64,000 bases of DNA, from assembly GCF_009914755.1 (NCBI RefSeq), contig NC_060939.1, one strand, 5' to 3'. How positions within the stretch are numbered: position 1 is the stretch's first letter; every line of letters starts with the position of its first letter. A model generated the notes under the pieces. That model was not told the origin of the DNA. It ran no database searches and was given only the letters and a program-made list of their open reading frames with translations. Made by a program: the position numbers and the translations under genes. This DNA is from the human T2T-CHM13v2.0 reference genome, Homo sapiens. Positions 1-19,345 of the stretch are shown here, piece by piece.

Positions 1-331
<331 letters not shown>

Positions 332-756
332 CTAGAATGGGTAGGCGGTGGTGTCATCAACTGAGACAGAAAATACAAAGGGACAAGAAGATGAGGTTGA
401 AGGAATGTAAGTCATGTGATACCTAATTAGAGAAGAAAGATAATGTCCACACAGACTACAGTTGGCTGGAACAAAGGAGGATTTGGGAGTCAGAGAGGTT
501 TGGGTTCAAGTCCTAGCTCATTACTTAAGGTGTGGAAGCCTTGGCCTCGCTTTAAAAACCTTTTTTAAAAAAACTCTTTTGAACTTTAAAAACTCTTAAA
601 AAAAAAAAAGAGTAGGAAAACCTACTCTTGCCAGGACTGTTGTGAGGATAAGGACATACAGGTCCCACTCGATGAATGGTTACCATCATTGTTTACAGTA
701 TTTTCTTTGGTATTATTCTGGATAGAACATCTTTGGTCACATTTCCAAAACTCTGC

Positions 757-1260
757 GGTGATGGTTCCTGATGGTTCCTTAGTCAACTCGGCTAGACCAC
801 AGTACCCAGATATGTGGTCAAACACTAGTTTGGATGTTGCTGTGAAAGTATTTTTGTAGATGAGATTAAGTTTTAAGTAGACCTTGAACAAAGCAGATTA
901 CCCTCCATAATGTAGTGGGCTGCAACCAGTCAGTGGAAAGAAGAGAAAATGACGGACCTGCTACAGGGAGGAGGGAATTCCACCTGCTGCCTCCCTTCAG
1001 GCTAAAGCTGCAGCCTCAGCTCTTCCCTCCATCTCCAGCCTGCGGGCCAGCACTGCAGACTTTCGAATTGCCCGTTCCCACAACTGCGTGAGCCAATTCT
1101 TTAAAATAAATAAATCTGTCTATATACATATACATACATATATAAAATTTATAACCTAGATATATATATACATCTGTGTATGCGTGTGTATATCTATCTA
1201 TATCTGCCTCTATATCTGTATATCTCCCATTGGTTATGTTTTTCTAAAGCACCCTAATAG
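757..1260 (+). mobile_element. MLT2-family ERVL solo LTR with internal (TA)/(TATC) repeats
   Basis: Start GTGATGGTT...GTCAACT, AAAGCAGATTACCCTCCATAATGT, end CCCATTGGTTATGTTTTTCT...ACCCTAATA resemble MLT2. Confidence 0.75.
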
Positions 1261-2477
1261 AACTTTATATTGTAGATTTTCCTTGCATCTATTGTGAATG
1301 CCTTTACTCCTCATAAAGCCAAAGCCGAGGCTATCTCAATGGTCATGATTCAGAGAGTGAGTTTTTGCTAATGAACCAAAAGATTGCACTGTTGTGGTCA
1401 ACACAGCAGAAGAACATTCTCATGGTACAGATAAAAAACTACCCAGCAAAATCCATACACTTCCGTCTGCAGTGCAGAACTGCCTCTGGGAAGTGCCTGT
1501 CCAGAGAGGCAGTGCCTGCCACAGGTTCCTAGATGGGCCTCATGACAGGCTCTCCTGAATGGCTTGAAAGGCAAGCAATGAATGTCAGTTTCAGGCCAAG
1601 AAAATTAAACTGCTAGGGTTCCTTTTCTGTTCTCTATTCCCTTTCACTGACTTGCCAGGTCCCTGAGCCCCTCTGTGAAGCCTGCCACAGGCCACGCCTG
1701 ACCTGGACAGGGGCCAGGGTAGCCTTGCCCTGAACTGAGCCACTGATAGTCAGGAGGTTGCTCCAGCAATTAGTGTCACCCTAATGATACCCTAACCTCC
1801 CTACATAAGGCAAGGAAGTCAGTCAAGCCACATGAACCCCTTCTCCTCTGCCTGGGGCTTGGGAAGAAATTAGTCCATGGAAGGTCAGTGCTGACCACCT
1901 CCCAGAGAGCAGACTGGCCCTGCTCCAACTATGCGGCAGGGCTGGGGAGCGAGCACTCTGAACATTCTACTCCTGTAGGTCCAGCTGCTGCTACATCCCC
2001 CCACTGGGATGAGTCCTGAGACCCCAGCCTGCTTCCCTGGCTTCCCTGGGACACTCCTCAGCCACCACCATAAGGGGTCCTAACTCCTCGTCAGCTATAA
2101 GCTTATGCATCCTGCATGGTAAAATGCCCAGCCCTGTGAGATTCCTGATGCTGAGGCCAGGGCTGGGGGTGGCGCGCGGGGGTGATTGGGTGATGGACGT
2201 CATTTCTCTCTTGTCTTTTCATTCACACACCCACTCTGCGGAAGGCGGCTTTTCCTTTGTTTAGAGAGCTTAATCTGTCTGCACCATGAAGGTGGGTGTG
2301 GAGTGAGGAGGCAGCTGTCCCCATGTCACTGAAGGCAGCGCAGTCACCACACTGCATACCCCGAGGATGTCAACCCCACAGTCAGCCTATTCACTGCATT
2401 TCCCCTTGGCACCAAGAGCCAGCTTCAAAATAATCCAGCAAGGGGCTGGGGGGAGGTGGGGGGTGGGGAGATAGTGA

Positions 2478-2602
2478 CAAAACAAGATGGGCCAGATGTT
2501 GGCATCTGTTGAAGCCAGAAGAGGAGTACACAGGGGTTCATGACAGCAGTCTGTTTACTTTTACGTATGTTTGAAAAGTTCTAAATAAAAATATTTTTCT
2601 AA
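2478..2602 (+). mobile_element. Old L1M 3'-end fragment
   Basis: GGGGTTCAT...TACTTTTACGTATGTTTGAAAAGTTCTAAATAAAA, typical L1MC/ME terminus. Confidence 0.6.
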
Positions 2603-3233
2603 AAGGAAATTCCTTATATGAGCCGAGATACAGCAGAAGAGGAGCCTCACCTGACTCTAAGGCCACTCCTGTCTTCCCTGATACCATTTCAGGGCGTCAT
2701 GGTTACTCTCATGAAGGAAGAGGTGTTTTTAATAGACAAATGTGGGTTATTTTTCTATTCCCATTAATATTTACTACATGTCATTATCTCCAAGTCTAAT
2801 CACTTAAAGAGGAGATTTTAAATAATTGATTAATATAAAAGAAGAAAAATGCCACGCTGTCTTTTTCATTATCTATCAAAACCCAGAAAACCTCTTCCTC
2901 TAGTCCTGACACAGACACATACATATATTAATGCATACACTGAGAAGAACAGGCATACAAATCAATAGACACAAATCTGCTCAGGGCATTTTTCCGAGGG
3001 AAAAACCATTAACCTCTCTCCATCTCCCGCGTGGCCTGCTCCTCAGCACAATGCCACGGCAATTCAAGTAACTCTTTTTATTTTACTCACAGAATTTTAG
3101 GGTTCCCCCAAAAACACAAAAATCTAACATTTCTTGAACTCTGATAACATATATTTTGCTTGTGCGATCATACATATGCATGTATAGTGCATAAACAGGC
3201 TTTAATGTCTAGATGAAATGCATGCATCCACAC

Positions 3234-3534
3234 TTTTTTTTTTTTTTTTTTGAGATGGATTCTCTCTCTGCACCAGGCTGGAGTGCAGTGGTGTGGCGCG
3301 ATCTCGGCTCACTGCAACCTCTACCTCCCGGGTTCAAGCAATTCTCCTGCCTCAGTCTCCCCAGTAGCTGGGATTACAGACACCCGCCAACATTCCCCGG
3401 CTAATTTTTCTAATTTTAGTAGAGATGGGGTTTCACCATGTTGGCCAGGCTGGTCTCGAGCTCCTGACTCATTATCTGCCCGCCTCGGCACCCCAAAGTG
3501 CTGGGATTACAGGCGTGAGCCACTGCGCCAAGCC
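3234..3534 (-). mobile_element. AluS
   Basis: Poly-T then full antisense Alu; TSD GCATCCACACTTTT at 3224-3237 and 3535-3548. Confidence 0.95.
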
Positions 3535-3562
3535 GCATCCACACTTTTAAAATGCCCTTGTT

Positions 3563-3878
<316 letters not shown>

Positions 3879-4448
3879 TCACGCTCGGTCCTTACAGGAG
3901 GACAGCAAAACAAAACAAACACAAAGAGGATGCCCTCGGAGCATCTCAGCAAGACACTGAGGAGCGCTCTCAGAAGCACCTCCCATGAGAAACACAGTGC
4001 TTCTCACAAGCCCATCAGCATTCAGCAGTGAGATTTTATCAAGCTCTGCTTCCCGCTGCCTGAAAAGAAGTTGGAATTCTCTTCGCCACTGCCTCCAACC
4101 TGCTCACGCATCTGAAGGTGGAACCCTGCTCCAAGGCCACCTGGAGACGCAGGTGCCACTTACCACAAGGGAGAGAGGCCTCTTCCAGGAGACGACACCT
4201 ATGAGTCCCGACAGCAGCACCTGGAAGGACAAAAGATACAGGAAGGTGAGATGCTTCCGAAACCTTGCATGGGCAATCAAAACACTGTGAACCGTTTCAA
4301 CCCGGAGAAGGACGTGTGGAACACAGCACACACACAGTGGCGGGGCTACCATGAGCTGCATTTTCACAGCTTGCACCCACTCTGAGAGGCACATTGGTCT
4401 CTCAGGGCACCAGGGTGCTATGGAGGGGTCACTTTGTGCACTGCACTA

Positions 4449-5800
<1,352 letters not shown>

Positions 5801-7887
5801 AGGGAGGAACAGGAGGCTAAGGCTCACTCAACAGGGCAGCATGTGAGAAGGCCGAATTAAAAGGAAGGTGTTTGCAGACCAGGTCTCCTGTGAAGACAAA
5901 TTGCTCACGCTTGCCACTGTGGGCACAAGCCAGGCATCCGGGCACTGGCTGGAAGGGCTTGGCTGCATGTCCCCTGAGACTCCAAAAGCACTGGCCAGAC
6001 CCGGGAGGAGGGCATGATGCTGACAAACTCACAAGGTACCCTTGGTCACAGACTGCAGTTCACCCTCAACCACCTCCACAGGGGGCAGAACCAGGTCTCA
6101 GACACAGCAGCCACTATCACATCCTGCACCATGCTAGTCTAGTATCAAAAACATCTGGCCACAAAACAACAAAACAACAACAAAAACATGAACCAAAGCA
6201 CGCACACCAGGGCTCTGCTCCCAAGCCTCTCACACGTGTATTTTTTCTGCAACGCTCACAAGTCCTCCAAACACAGTTACCGGCGACAGACATTATTTAC
6301 AGCCATTTCCCACCGCCCGGGTCCCCTCCCATGGCCATGCCACCCAGGCTCCTTGCCTCGCAGTCCAGTTCCAGCCCTAGGGAAATCCTTGACCAATGTC
6401 TCTCGTGTCTCTCAGGGGCTGTGTCTCACTAACTCTCCTTCCAAATGCCCCTGAAACCTCTCTCTTGCCTTCTGTACCCAACATTTGAACCCAGTGGGCA
6501 CACCATGTTCCCATGTCATTTCACAGTCAGAGGACACCGGCCTTTCTTGGAAGGAGATGACCATTCCCGCCGGAGCTCTCACCATCATTTCATGTTTGAC
6601 ATTTCAGACCCTGACTTCACTCCTCCACACCCACTTTCTTCTTTTTGTGAATTCAAAATTTCTGACCATAATGCCATCATGTTTTGAGCTCATGGTATAT
6701 AGTTCAGGGGCCACTCCGTCACTAAGCAGGATCCATTCTTCTGCTCAGCACCCTCCATTTCCCGGTTCATCTCTCTGCCCTCTGCCGGCACGCTCCTGTT
6801 TCACCTGCCCGATGACAGCCTTGTCCACTCGCTCTTGTCTCCACCTCCTCCCTCCCCACTGAAGCCATCCTGGATGCCTCCACCAAACAAACCGCATCTC
6901 CCTGGCCTGACAATTTAGACCACAAAGCTAGGTCCCTGATTTTCCAGCACTGGAGGCACCTCCCTTGGTGGCCCCACTCCTGTCCAGGCCACTCTGGGCA
7001 CCTCCAGGGAGGCTGGCAAGGGAGGAAACTGCACAGCAGCCACTGTGTGACTCACCTACAAGCCACAGAGCTCTGTGGGCTGTCTTCCCTCCACACCCAA
7101 CCTCCGAGACAGCCCCCATCTTCCAGCACTCCCTTCCTGTCCCCAGCCCTCCCGGCCCCAGCCTCAGCCCCCGACTCTTCTTATCCCTCAAGTTGAGGGC
7201 CACATTCCGGGGCTCTGGCTCTGACTCTGCCATCTGCCTAGGATGAAACTTCCAAAAAGTGTCTTCCATTTTTCCACACGCCCCAACACTGGCCTCACGC
7301 AGACTAAGCCTGGACAGATGGTGAGAAGAAACATCCCCTAGAAAATGGCGTCTTCTACTTCCCATGTCTAGCAGATGAAATCTTACCCGTTCTTCAACCA
7401 TGGCCCCACCCTCCTCACTCACGAAGAGCCTAGGAATTCAAGAGCCCAGGGGGCCCATCAGATCCCCAAACTACCACCAGAGTCCTGCAGGCATCTTTAA
7501 TAAACTCAGATTGAACGCCTTGACCTCTTCTCAGCTGAAGTGTATTAAACTATCAAAATTCTACAGTGACTAAGTCGCTTGTAGCAGGAATTTCACTGGA
7601 AGTACATAAAACTTCCAAATCGTAGCCACTACTCCACCTACTTCTAAGCCTGAAGGAAGTTAATATTGCTTTTATCTTATTAAGCTACAGGGAGAGTTCT
7701 TGACCTTCCCCATTCCCATAAGCAAAGCTATCATTCCACAAATCCCCTCACAGAATTTGACTTTCAACAAACACGGGTGACTTGCTCACTGAAGACAATG
7801 TGCATTTCCAAGTATCATTAATAACTACAACTAGGAATGGATCAAATTCTCCTACACAAAGCAAAAGAATAAAGCCATTAAACTTGG

Positions 7888-8969
7888 CGTGGCAGGCAGA
7901 ATTCTAAAATGACCCCTGGTGACCCCTGGCCTTACAGAATGCTCTCCCCTGAGTAAGAATATGATGGGCTGTCACTCTTGTGGTCTTCCCCCAGGGACAT
8001 GTTCAAATAACATGGCCCCAGCAACACTCTGGTTGCAGCCTTGTGAAACCTGGCCAGGTGACTCTTCTATGGGAGGGGGGCAAGGAAATGCTGGGTAGAG
8101 AAGGGTGGGGTGCCTGGCGAGGGCTCCACCCTCAGGCCTGTGCCCATGGACCTAAGTGAGAACGGGCAGTCCTGTTTTCATGCCCAAATGTTGCATCTTC
8201 CAAGACCACTCTGGCCTCCCATGCCCCCCATCCTGTGCCCATAAAAATCTGAGACCATAGTGGGCATGGACACAAGCAGCTGGATGTTGAAAGGAGGAGA
8301 AGGGCACACCAACAGACACCAGCAGACACTGGCAGGCCACTGACGGCGGGATGACACAGAATTTGGTCGAGGGCAGTCGGAGGAGAGTCCAGCCACTGGC
8401 CGGCCTGACTCCAGGGGAAGACACCTTCCCACTCCATCCCCGTTTTGCTCCCCATCCACTTCGCTGAGAGCTACCTCCACCACTCAATTAAACCTCGCAC
8501 CCATCCTCCAAGCCCATGTGTGATCTGATTTTTCCTGTACACTAGGGCAAGAACCAGGATACAGAAAGCCCTCTGTCCTTGTGATAAGGCAGAGGGTCTA
8601 ACTGAGCTGATTAACACAAGCTGCCTGCAGATGGCAAAACTGAAAGAGCACTCTGTAACACACACCCACTGAGGCTTTGGGACCTGCAAACACTCAACCC
8701 TAGACGATGCCGTGGAGATGGAGCCCCAAAACACTCCCCAAAACCTACCCATCTTCATGTTCCCCCTTGGAGTTTGAACAGCGGGGCACCGAAGAAGCGA
8801 ACCACACCCTTGTCACACGCCCGGTGAGGCGGATAAGGGAACTCCTCCGGTTTCAACTCTACTAAGCAAGGTCCAGACTCCTAACCCAAGAAAACTATGA
8901 GGTATTAAGTGAGTGTTGTGTCAAGCTGCAAAGTTTATGGTCATTTGCTACACAGCAACAGAAAACAAT
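7888..8969 (+). mobile_element. MLT1 (MaLR) LTR interrupted by LTR1
   Basis: Start GTGGCAGGCAGAATTCTAAAATG; resumes after 8859 with CAGACTCCTAACCCAAGAAAACTATGAG...CAGCAACAGAAAAC. Confidence 0.7.
8065..8855 (+). mobile_element. LTR1-family ERV1 solo LTR (~790 bp)
   Basis: GGGAGGGGGGCAAGGAAATGCTGGGTAGAGAAGGG start, GGAACTCCTCCGGTTTCA end; 4-bp TSD ACTC at 8061-8064 and 8856-8859. Confidence 0.8.
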
Positions 8970-11710
<2,741 letters not shown>

Positions 11711-11723
11711 CTACGACATCCCA

Positions 11724-11852
11724 AGTGGGACACTGGATTGTTGTTCCAAAACATCTGCTTTCTCCCCAGACCTCTCCAGGAGGGGCAGCACAGGCTTCCC
11801 TCCCCACACCCCTCCCCAATCCTGGAAACACTGACACAGCTCCCAACACCAA
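11724..11852. repeat. Segment X, 129-bp direct repeat of 12215-12343 (and 15940-16068)
   Basis: AGTGGGACACTGGAT...GGAAACACTGACACAG recurs at offset 491; about 15 mismatches by manual count. Confidence 0.9.
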
Positions 11853-12217
11853 TGCTTGAGCGCTTGGAACTGACTGTGCATGCATTGCTTGCTGTTCATC
11901 AGTGAGCTTCTGTGGAGCCAAGTTGGAAAACTTTTCCCTAGAAAGGTATAGTTCTGCCAGTAACAGGAATGCACCCAGGATTTGGAAACACTGTGATGCT
12001 CGAGGGCCTCAGCTCACAGCACAGTAGAAATCCCAGGCCAAGCCCCTACCTTGCCGTGGGCATCAGGCTCAGCCACAGTGCTATGGTGGACACTCATGCT
12101 CAGGGCAAGTCCCTTCTCCAGCCACATGCCGCCTGACGCTGCTCCCTGTCATTGTGACTCCAGCCACCTGCCACTCTGGCCTCAATTCATTATTTGTTTA
12201 TTTGTTTCTTCGGGAGT
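11852..12217. repeat. Segment Y copy A (~365-bp direct repeat; other copies 15573-15942 and 19298-19659)
   Basis: ATGCTTGAGCGCTTGGAA...GGGAGT present three times. Confidence 0.95.
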
Positions 12218-14156
12218 GGGACACTGGATCATTTTTTCAAAACATCTGCTTTCTCCCCAGACCTCTCCAGGAGGGGCAGCACAGACTTCACTCCCCCCAC
12301 CCCTCCCTGATACCGGAAACACTGACACAGGTCCAAATACGAAGGCCAAATAGATTGGGAAAGGCATGATATTGCTCAGGGAGAGGAGGCTTAACCCTAA
12401 TGACGGAGGGCCTGCAGAATGGCTTGAGGGAGGCTTTTCACGGCCCAGGTGCTGGTGTGCCTCCTCCCTGGAGAGGCCAGCTCTGGCCCACTGGAGACCA
12501 AGGGCGGTTGATGTAAAAGCAGCTCAGAGCCTCTGCTCTGAAACCATCGGATCTTGAACTGTTTTTGCTCAATTCCAGCTACCAGCAAGGATTATGTTGC
12601 ACATTCTGACATGTCAGTAATCCTGTAGGTTGATTTTGCACCACTCTCATGAGAAAAAGGGTCATGAATCTAGTTAGCCATGAAATTACCACATCATGAA
12701 ACCTTCATCCCGTTTAATTTACAGGTATCATTATTCAGAGTCCACAGTTCACAAAGAATATGGAGAAAACGAAGAGGGTTGGGGAAGAGTAACATAGAAT
12801 TAAATAGCTGTGGAAAAAAAGCCAAATAGATTGGAAAAGGCATGATATTGCTCAAGGAGAGGAGGCCGAACCTTGCGAGCACCATGAGTTGTCACAAGGA
12901 CGCCAACTCGCTCTTTTCTCCACTTCCCCACCCAGCCTAATAGAGGCAAGAGATAAAATCAGAACAGAGACAGAACTTCCTGCTGTTGAGGCTGATGACA
13001 AGGGATAACAGGCTGCCGGGAAATAATGGCATCCTTAGAGTCAAAGACCTGCCCATTTGATTGGTACCCTGCCTGGACACAGAGGTCTGGAATAAATTAG
13101 CTCTTTAAATCTTGTCCTCTAACACTGAAAAGTTCTTTTACTTCCTAAAATCAAGAATGTTCTTCAGATCATAAAGTCTGGTCCAAAGGCAACTGATAGT
13201 GAAGCAAGTCCTTCTAGAACGCAGTCTTGAAAGCCAAGTAAATTACTTTCATGAAACATATGGCAGATGGGTGCCCAATAGCTACAGAGATATCAATTTA
13301 CCACTAAGAAGCCAGCATTCACTGTGTGTGGAAAGAATTGTTGCAAAAACAGAGCAAATAATATTCTGAGTCCACCAACCCCCCATCTTCCAAACCTCCT
13401 GGACTGCAGCTCTGTGCAATATTCCTCCTACAGCCTCCTGGAGCAGCTGATCTTCCTACTTCACCCTCCGTCAATTCTCCTTGCTTTGGGTGTGGCTTTC
13501 TTTCTCTGAGTCTTGCTGGGGCCACAGAAGGCTCACGAGGCATGCAGGCCTCTACCATCTGTCTCTACCTTTGAGGACACACTCATTGCTACCCCCACCC
13601 TGTCCATGCTTTCTGCCCCCTCTCCTTAGGGCAACTTCCAACTCACCATTCCCTCTCCCAGCCTTTCATCCCAGGCTGTGGTCCAAACATCCTCCACACC
13701 ATTTCCCTTCAGGGGCTGCACCAACACATCACACTCATAATGTCCCTGAGAAAAGTTACCTTTCTTCTCAACCTACTGATAGAAAAAGAACTCTGCAGCT
13801 TTCATTATCTTCTCAAGCAGAAGCAAAACTATAAATTGATGACAAAGATCACCTCATGAAAGAGAAAAAACTCCTTAGTGTTGAAGTGTTTTAAAATATT
13901 CTAAATAACTCATGAGTCAAAAGATACTGAAAGGTGAAATACACCATGGTCTGTTCTGATGCAATGCATGCTTCTTTGATGCACATTCTCTCTTAAGTGC
14001 TTGGTAACAAACTCATTTGTCCAGGGCCTGCCCTGTAAGATGCTGCCTCCTCTTACGGGTATCTACTCTGACATTAGGGTAGCTGCTGGATTTTGTTACT
14101 TAGTGGGTTATTAGGTAGCACATATATTATTATAATACATTTAAAAATATTTTTAG

Positions 14157-14650
<494 letters not shown>

Positions 14651-14745
14651 TGTAATAGTTTTATTTCATGCTTTTAAAAACCTTATTCTGAGAAGGGATC
14701 CACAGGCTTCACTAGATTGTCATGACAAAAGTTATGACCCCCCCC
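14651..14745. mobile_element. hAT-Charlie-type DNA transposon fragment (host of the Alu)
   Basis: TTATTCTGAGAAGGGATCCACAGGCTTCACTAGA motif; family not certain. Confidence 0.45.
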
Positions 14746-14759
14746 ACCCCCGACCCCGA

Positions 14760-15620
14760 TTAAAGTTCCTTTAGAGCAGATTTTTTGGTGATAAACTCCC
14801 GTTTTTGGTTTATCTGTAAATAGCTTACTTCGTTCGCCTTGATGCTTGAAAAATAGTTACGCTGGAAACACCCTAGGTTGACAGTTGCATCTCTCAACAG
14901 TTTGAAACTATTATTCCACTGTTTTCTGACTGCCATTGTTGCAGCCAAGTCAGCTGTCCTCATTCTCTAAAGACTTTTGAGATCATCTCCTTGCCTTTAG
15001 TATTCTGAACTTTTTGCCTGGTATGTTAGGTGTGGATTTCTTTTTAATCTTCTTTGAGAGATACTGTGCTACTGAATCTGTGAATTTATATTTTTCATTC
15101 GTTCTGGAAATTTTGTAGCTAATATCTCTTCAGATACTGTATCTTCGCTATTCTCTTTGCCAGGGACTCCAGTAGCTGTATGTTTGTCCTTCACATTCCA
15201 TCCTCCAAATGTCTTAGTTTTTCTTCCACATATTCCCCACACATGTCATTCATGACTTCATTCTGGTTACTTTCTTTAGCTGTGTCTTCCAGATCATCAA
15301 TTGTCTCTGCACTGTGTCTAATCAGCTGTTGAACTATATAACTGCACTTGTTTAGAAAAGTTCAGTGATTATATCTCAATATCTAGAAATTCTTTTATTT
15401 CCAAATGTAACTATTTATTTCAAATAGTTCCTTGTTGTGTGCTCATCTATATGACTGTGTTGATAATTTCTTTAAATGTTTCATACACTAATGTTCTAGA
15501 TTCCAAGACATGTTGTCCCAGGAGGGTATCAAAGTTTGCCCTTTGTTGTCTCATTGTGATTTGCTTTCTTTGATGCTTGAGCGCTTGGAAGTGTTTGACT
15601 GTGCATGCATTGCTTGCTGT
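14760..15620 (-). mobile_element. Old L1M ORF1-region fragment
   Basis: ORF 14760..14963 (RTADL...KQWNNSFKLL...REFITKKSALKEL) resembles the L1 ORF1p C-terminus. Confidence 0.8.
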
Positions 15621-17881
15621 TCATCAGTGAACTTCTGTGGAGCCAAGTTGGAAAACTTTTCCCTAGAGAAGTATAGTTCTGCCAGTAACAGGAATGCACC
15701 CAGGATTTGGAAACACTGTGATGCTCGAGGGCCTCAGCTCACAGCACAGTAGAAATCCCAGGCCAAGCCCCTACCTTGCCGTGGGCATCAGGCTCAGCCA
15801 CAGTGCTATGGTGGACACTCATGCTCAGGGCAAGTCCCTTCTCCAGCCACATGCCGCCTGACGCTGCTCCCTGTCATTGTGACTCCAGCCACCTGCCACT
15901 CTGGCCTCAATTCATTATTTGTTTATTTGTTTCTTCGGGAGTGGGACACTGGATCATTTTTTCAAAACATCTGCTTTCTCCCCAGACCTCTCCAGGAGGG
16001 GCAGCACAGACTTCACTCCCCCCACCCCTCCCTGATACCGGAAACACTGACACAGGTCCAAATACGAAGGCCAAATAGATTGGGAAAGGCATGATATTGC
16101 TCAGGGAGAGGAGGCTTAACCCTAATGACGGAGGGCCTGCAGAATGGCTTGAGGGAGGCTTTTCACGGCCCAGGTGCTGGTGTGCCTCCTCCCTGGAGAG
16201 GCCAGCTCTGGCCCACTGGAGACCAAGGGCGGTTGATGTAAAAGCAGCTCAGAGCCTCTGCTCTGAAACCATCGGATCTTGAACTGTTTTTGCTCAATTC
16301 CAGCTACCAGCAAGGATTATGTTGCACATTCTGACATGTCAGTAATCCTGTAGGTTGATTTTGCACCACTCTCATGAGAAAAAGGGTCATGAATCTAGTT
16401 AGCCATGAAATTACCACATCATGAAACCTTCATCCCGTTTAATTTACAGGTATCATTATTCAGAGTCCACAGTTCACAAAGAATATGGAGAAAACGAAGA
16501 GGGTTGGGGAAGAGTAACATAGAATTAAATAGCTGTGGAAAAAAAGCCAAATAGATTGGAAAAGGCATGATATTGCTCAAGGAGAGGAGGCCGAACCTTG
16601 CGAGCACCATGAGTTGTCACAAGGACGCCAACTCGCTCTTTTCTCCACTTCCCCACCCAGCCTAATAGAGGCAAGAGATAAAATCAGAACAGAGACAGAA
16701 CTTCCTGCTGTTGAGGCTGATGACAAGGGATAACAGGCTGCCGGGAAATAATGGCATCCTTAGAGTCAAAGACCTGCCCATTTGATTGGTACCCTGCCTG
16801 GACACAGAGGTCTGGAATAAATTAGCTCTTTAAATCTTGTCCTCTAACACTGAAAAGTTCTTTTACTTCCTAAAATCAAGAATGTTCTTCAGATCATAAA
16901 GTCTGGTCCAAAGGCAACTGATAGTGAAGCAAGTCCTTCTAGAACGCAGTCTTGAAAGCCAAGTAAATTACTTTCATGAAACATATGGCAGATGGGTGCC
17001 CAATAGCTACAGAGATATCAATTTACCACTAAGAAGCCAGCATTCACTGTGTGTGGAAAGAATTGTTGCAAAAACAGAGCAAATAATATTCTGAGTCCAC
17101 CAACCCCCCATCTTCCAAACCTCCTGGACTGCAGCTCTGTGCAATATTCCTCCTACAGCCTCCTGGAGCAGCTGATCTTCCTACTTCACCCTCCGTCAAT
17201 TCTCCTTGCTTTGGGTGTGGCTTTCTTTCTCTGAGTCTTGCTGGGGCCACAGAAGGCTCACGAGGCATGCAGGCCTCTACCATCTGTCTCTACCTTTGAG
17301 GACACACTCATTGCTACCCCCACCCTGTCCATGCTTTCTGCCCCCTCTCCTTAGGGCAACTTCCAACTCACCATTCCCTCTCCCAGCCTTTCATCCCAGG
17401 CTGTGGTCCAAACATCCTCCACACCATTTCCCTTCAGGGGCTGCACCAACACATCACACTCATAATGTCCCTGAGAAAAGTTACCTTTCTTCTCAACCTA
17501 CTGATAGAAAAAGAACTCTGCAGCTTTCATTATCTTCTCAAGCAGAAGCAAAACTATAAATTGATGACAAAGATCACCTCATGAAAGAGAAAAAACTCCT
17601 TAGTGTTGAAGTGTTTTAAAATATTCTAAATAACTCATGAGTCAAAAGATACTGAAAGGTGAAATACACCATGGTCTGTTCTGATGCAATGCATGCTTCT
17701 TTGATGCACATTCTCTCTTAAGTGCTTGGTAACAAACTCATTTGTCCAGGGCCTGCCCTGTAAGATGCTGCCTCCTCTTACGGGTATCTACTCTGACATT
17801 AGGGTAGCTGCTGGATTTTGTTACTTAGTGGGTTATTAGGTAGCACATATATTATTATAATACATTTAAAAATATTTTTAG

Positions 17882-18375
<494 letters not shown>

Positions 18376-18484
18376 TGTAATAGTTTTATTTCATGCTTTT
18401 AAAAACCTTATTCTGAGAAGGGATCCACAGGCTTCACTAGATTGTCATGACAAAAGTTATGACCCCCCCCACCCCCGACCCCGA

Positions 18485-19345
18485 TTAAAGTTCCTTTAGA
18501 GCAGATTTTTTGGTGATAAACTCCCGTTTTTGGTTTATCTGTAAATAGCTTACTTCGTTCGCCTTGATGCTTGAAAAATAGTTACGCTGGAAACACCCTA
18601 GGTTGACAGTTGCATCTCTCAACAGTTTGAAACTATTATTCCACTGTTTTCTGACTGCCATTGTTGCAGCCAAGTCAGCTGTCCTCATTCTCTAAAGACT
18701 TTTGAGATCATCTCCTTGCCTTTAGTATTCTGAACTTTTTGCCTGGTATGTTAGGTGTGGATTTCTTTTTAATCTTCTTTGAGAGATACTGTGCTACTGA
18801 ATCTGTGAATTTATATTTTTCATTCGTTCTGGAAATTTTGTAGCTAATATCTCTTCAGATACTGTATCTTCGCTATTCTCTTTGCCAGGGACTCCAGTAG
18901 CTGTATGTTTGTCCTTCACATTCCATCCTCCAAATGTCTTAGTTTTTCTTCCACATATTCCCCACACATGTCATTCATGACTTCATTCTGGTTACTTTCT
19001 TTAGCTGTGTCTTCCAGATCATCAATTGTCTCTGCACTGTGTCTAATCAGCTGTTGAACTATATAACTGCACTTGTTTAGAAAAGTTCAGTGATTATATC
19101 TCAATATCTAGAAATTCTTTTATTTCCAAATGTAACTATTTATTTCAAATAGTTCCTTGTTGTGTGCTCATCTATATGACTGTGTTGATAATTTCTTTAA
19201 ATGTTTCATACACTAATGTTCTAGATTCCAAGACATGTTGTCCCAGGAGGGTATCAAAGTTTGCCCTTTGTTGTCTCATTGTGATTTGCTTTCTTTGATG
19301 CTTGAGCGCTTGGAAGTGTTTGACTGTGCATGCATTGCTTGCTGT
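18485..19345 (-). mobile_element. Duplicate old L1M ORF1-region fragment
   Basis: Matches 14760-15620 at +3725. Confidence 0.8.

Noticed and set aside
11724-12866. Short interspersed direct repeats as a CRISPR-like array or LTR pair
   Set aside because: Primate DNA, irregular lengths, no TG...CA termini, PBS/PPT or TSD; better explained by templated duplication
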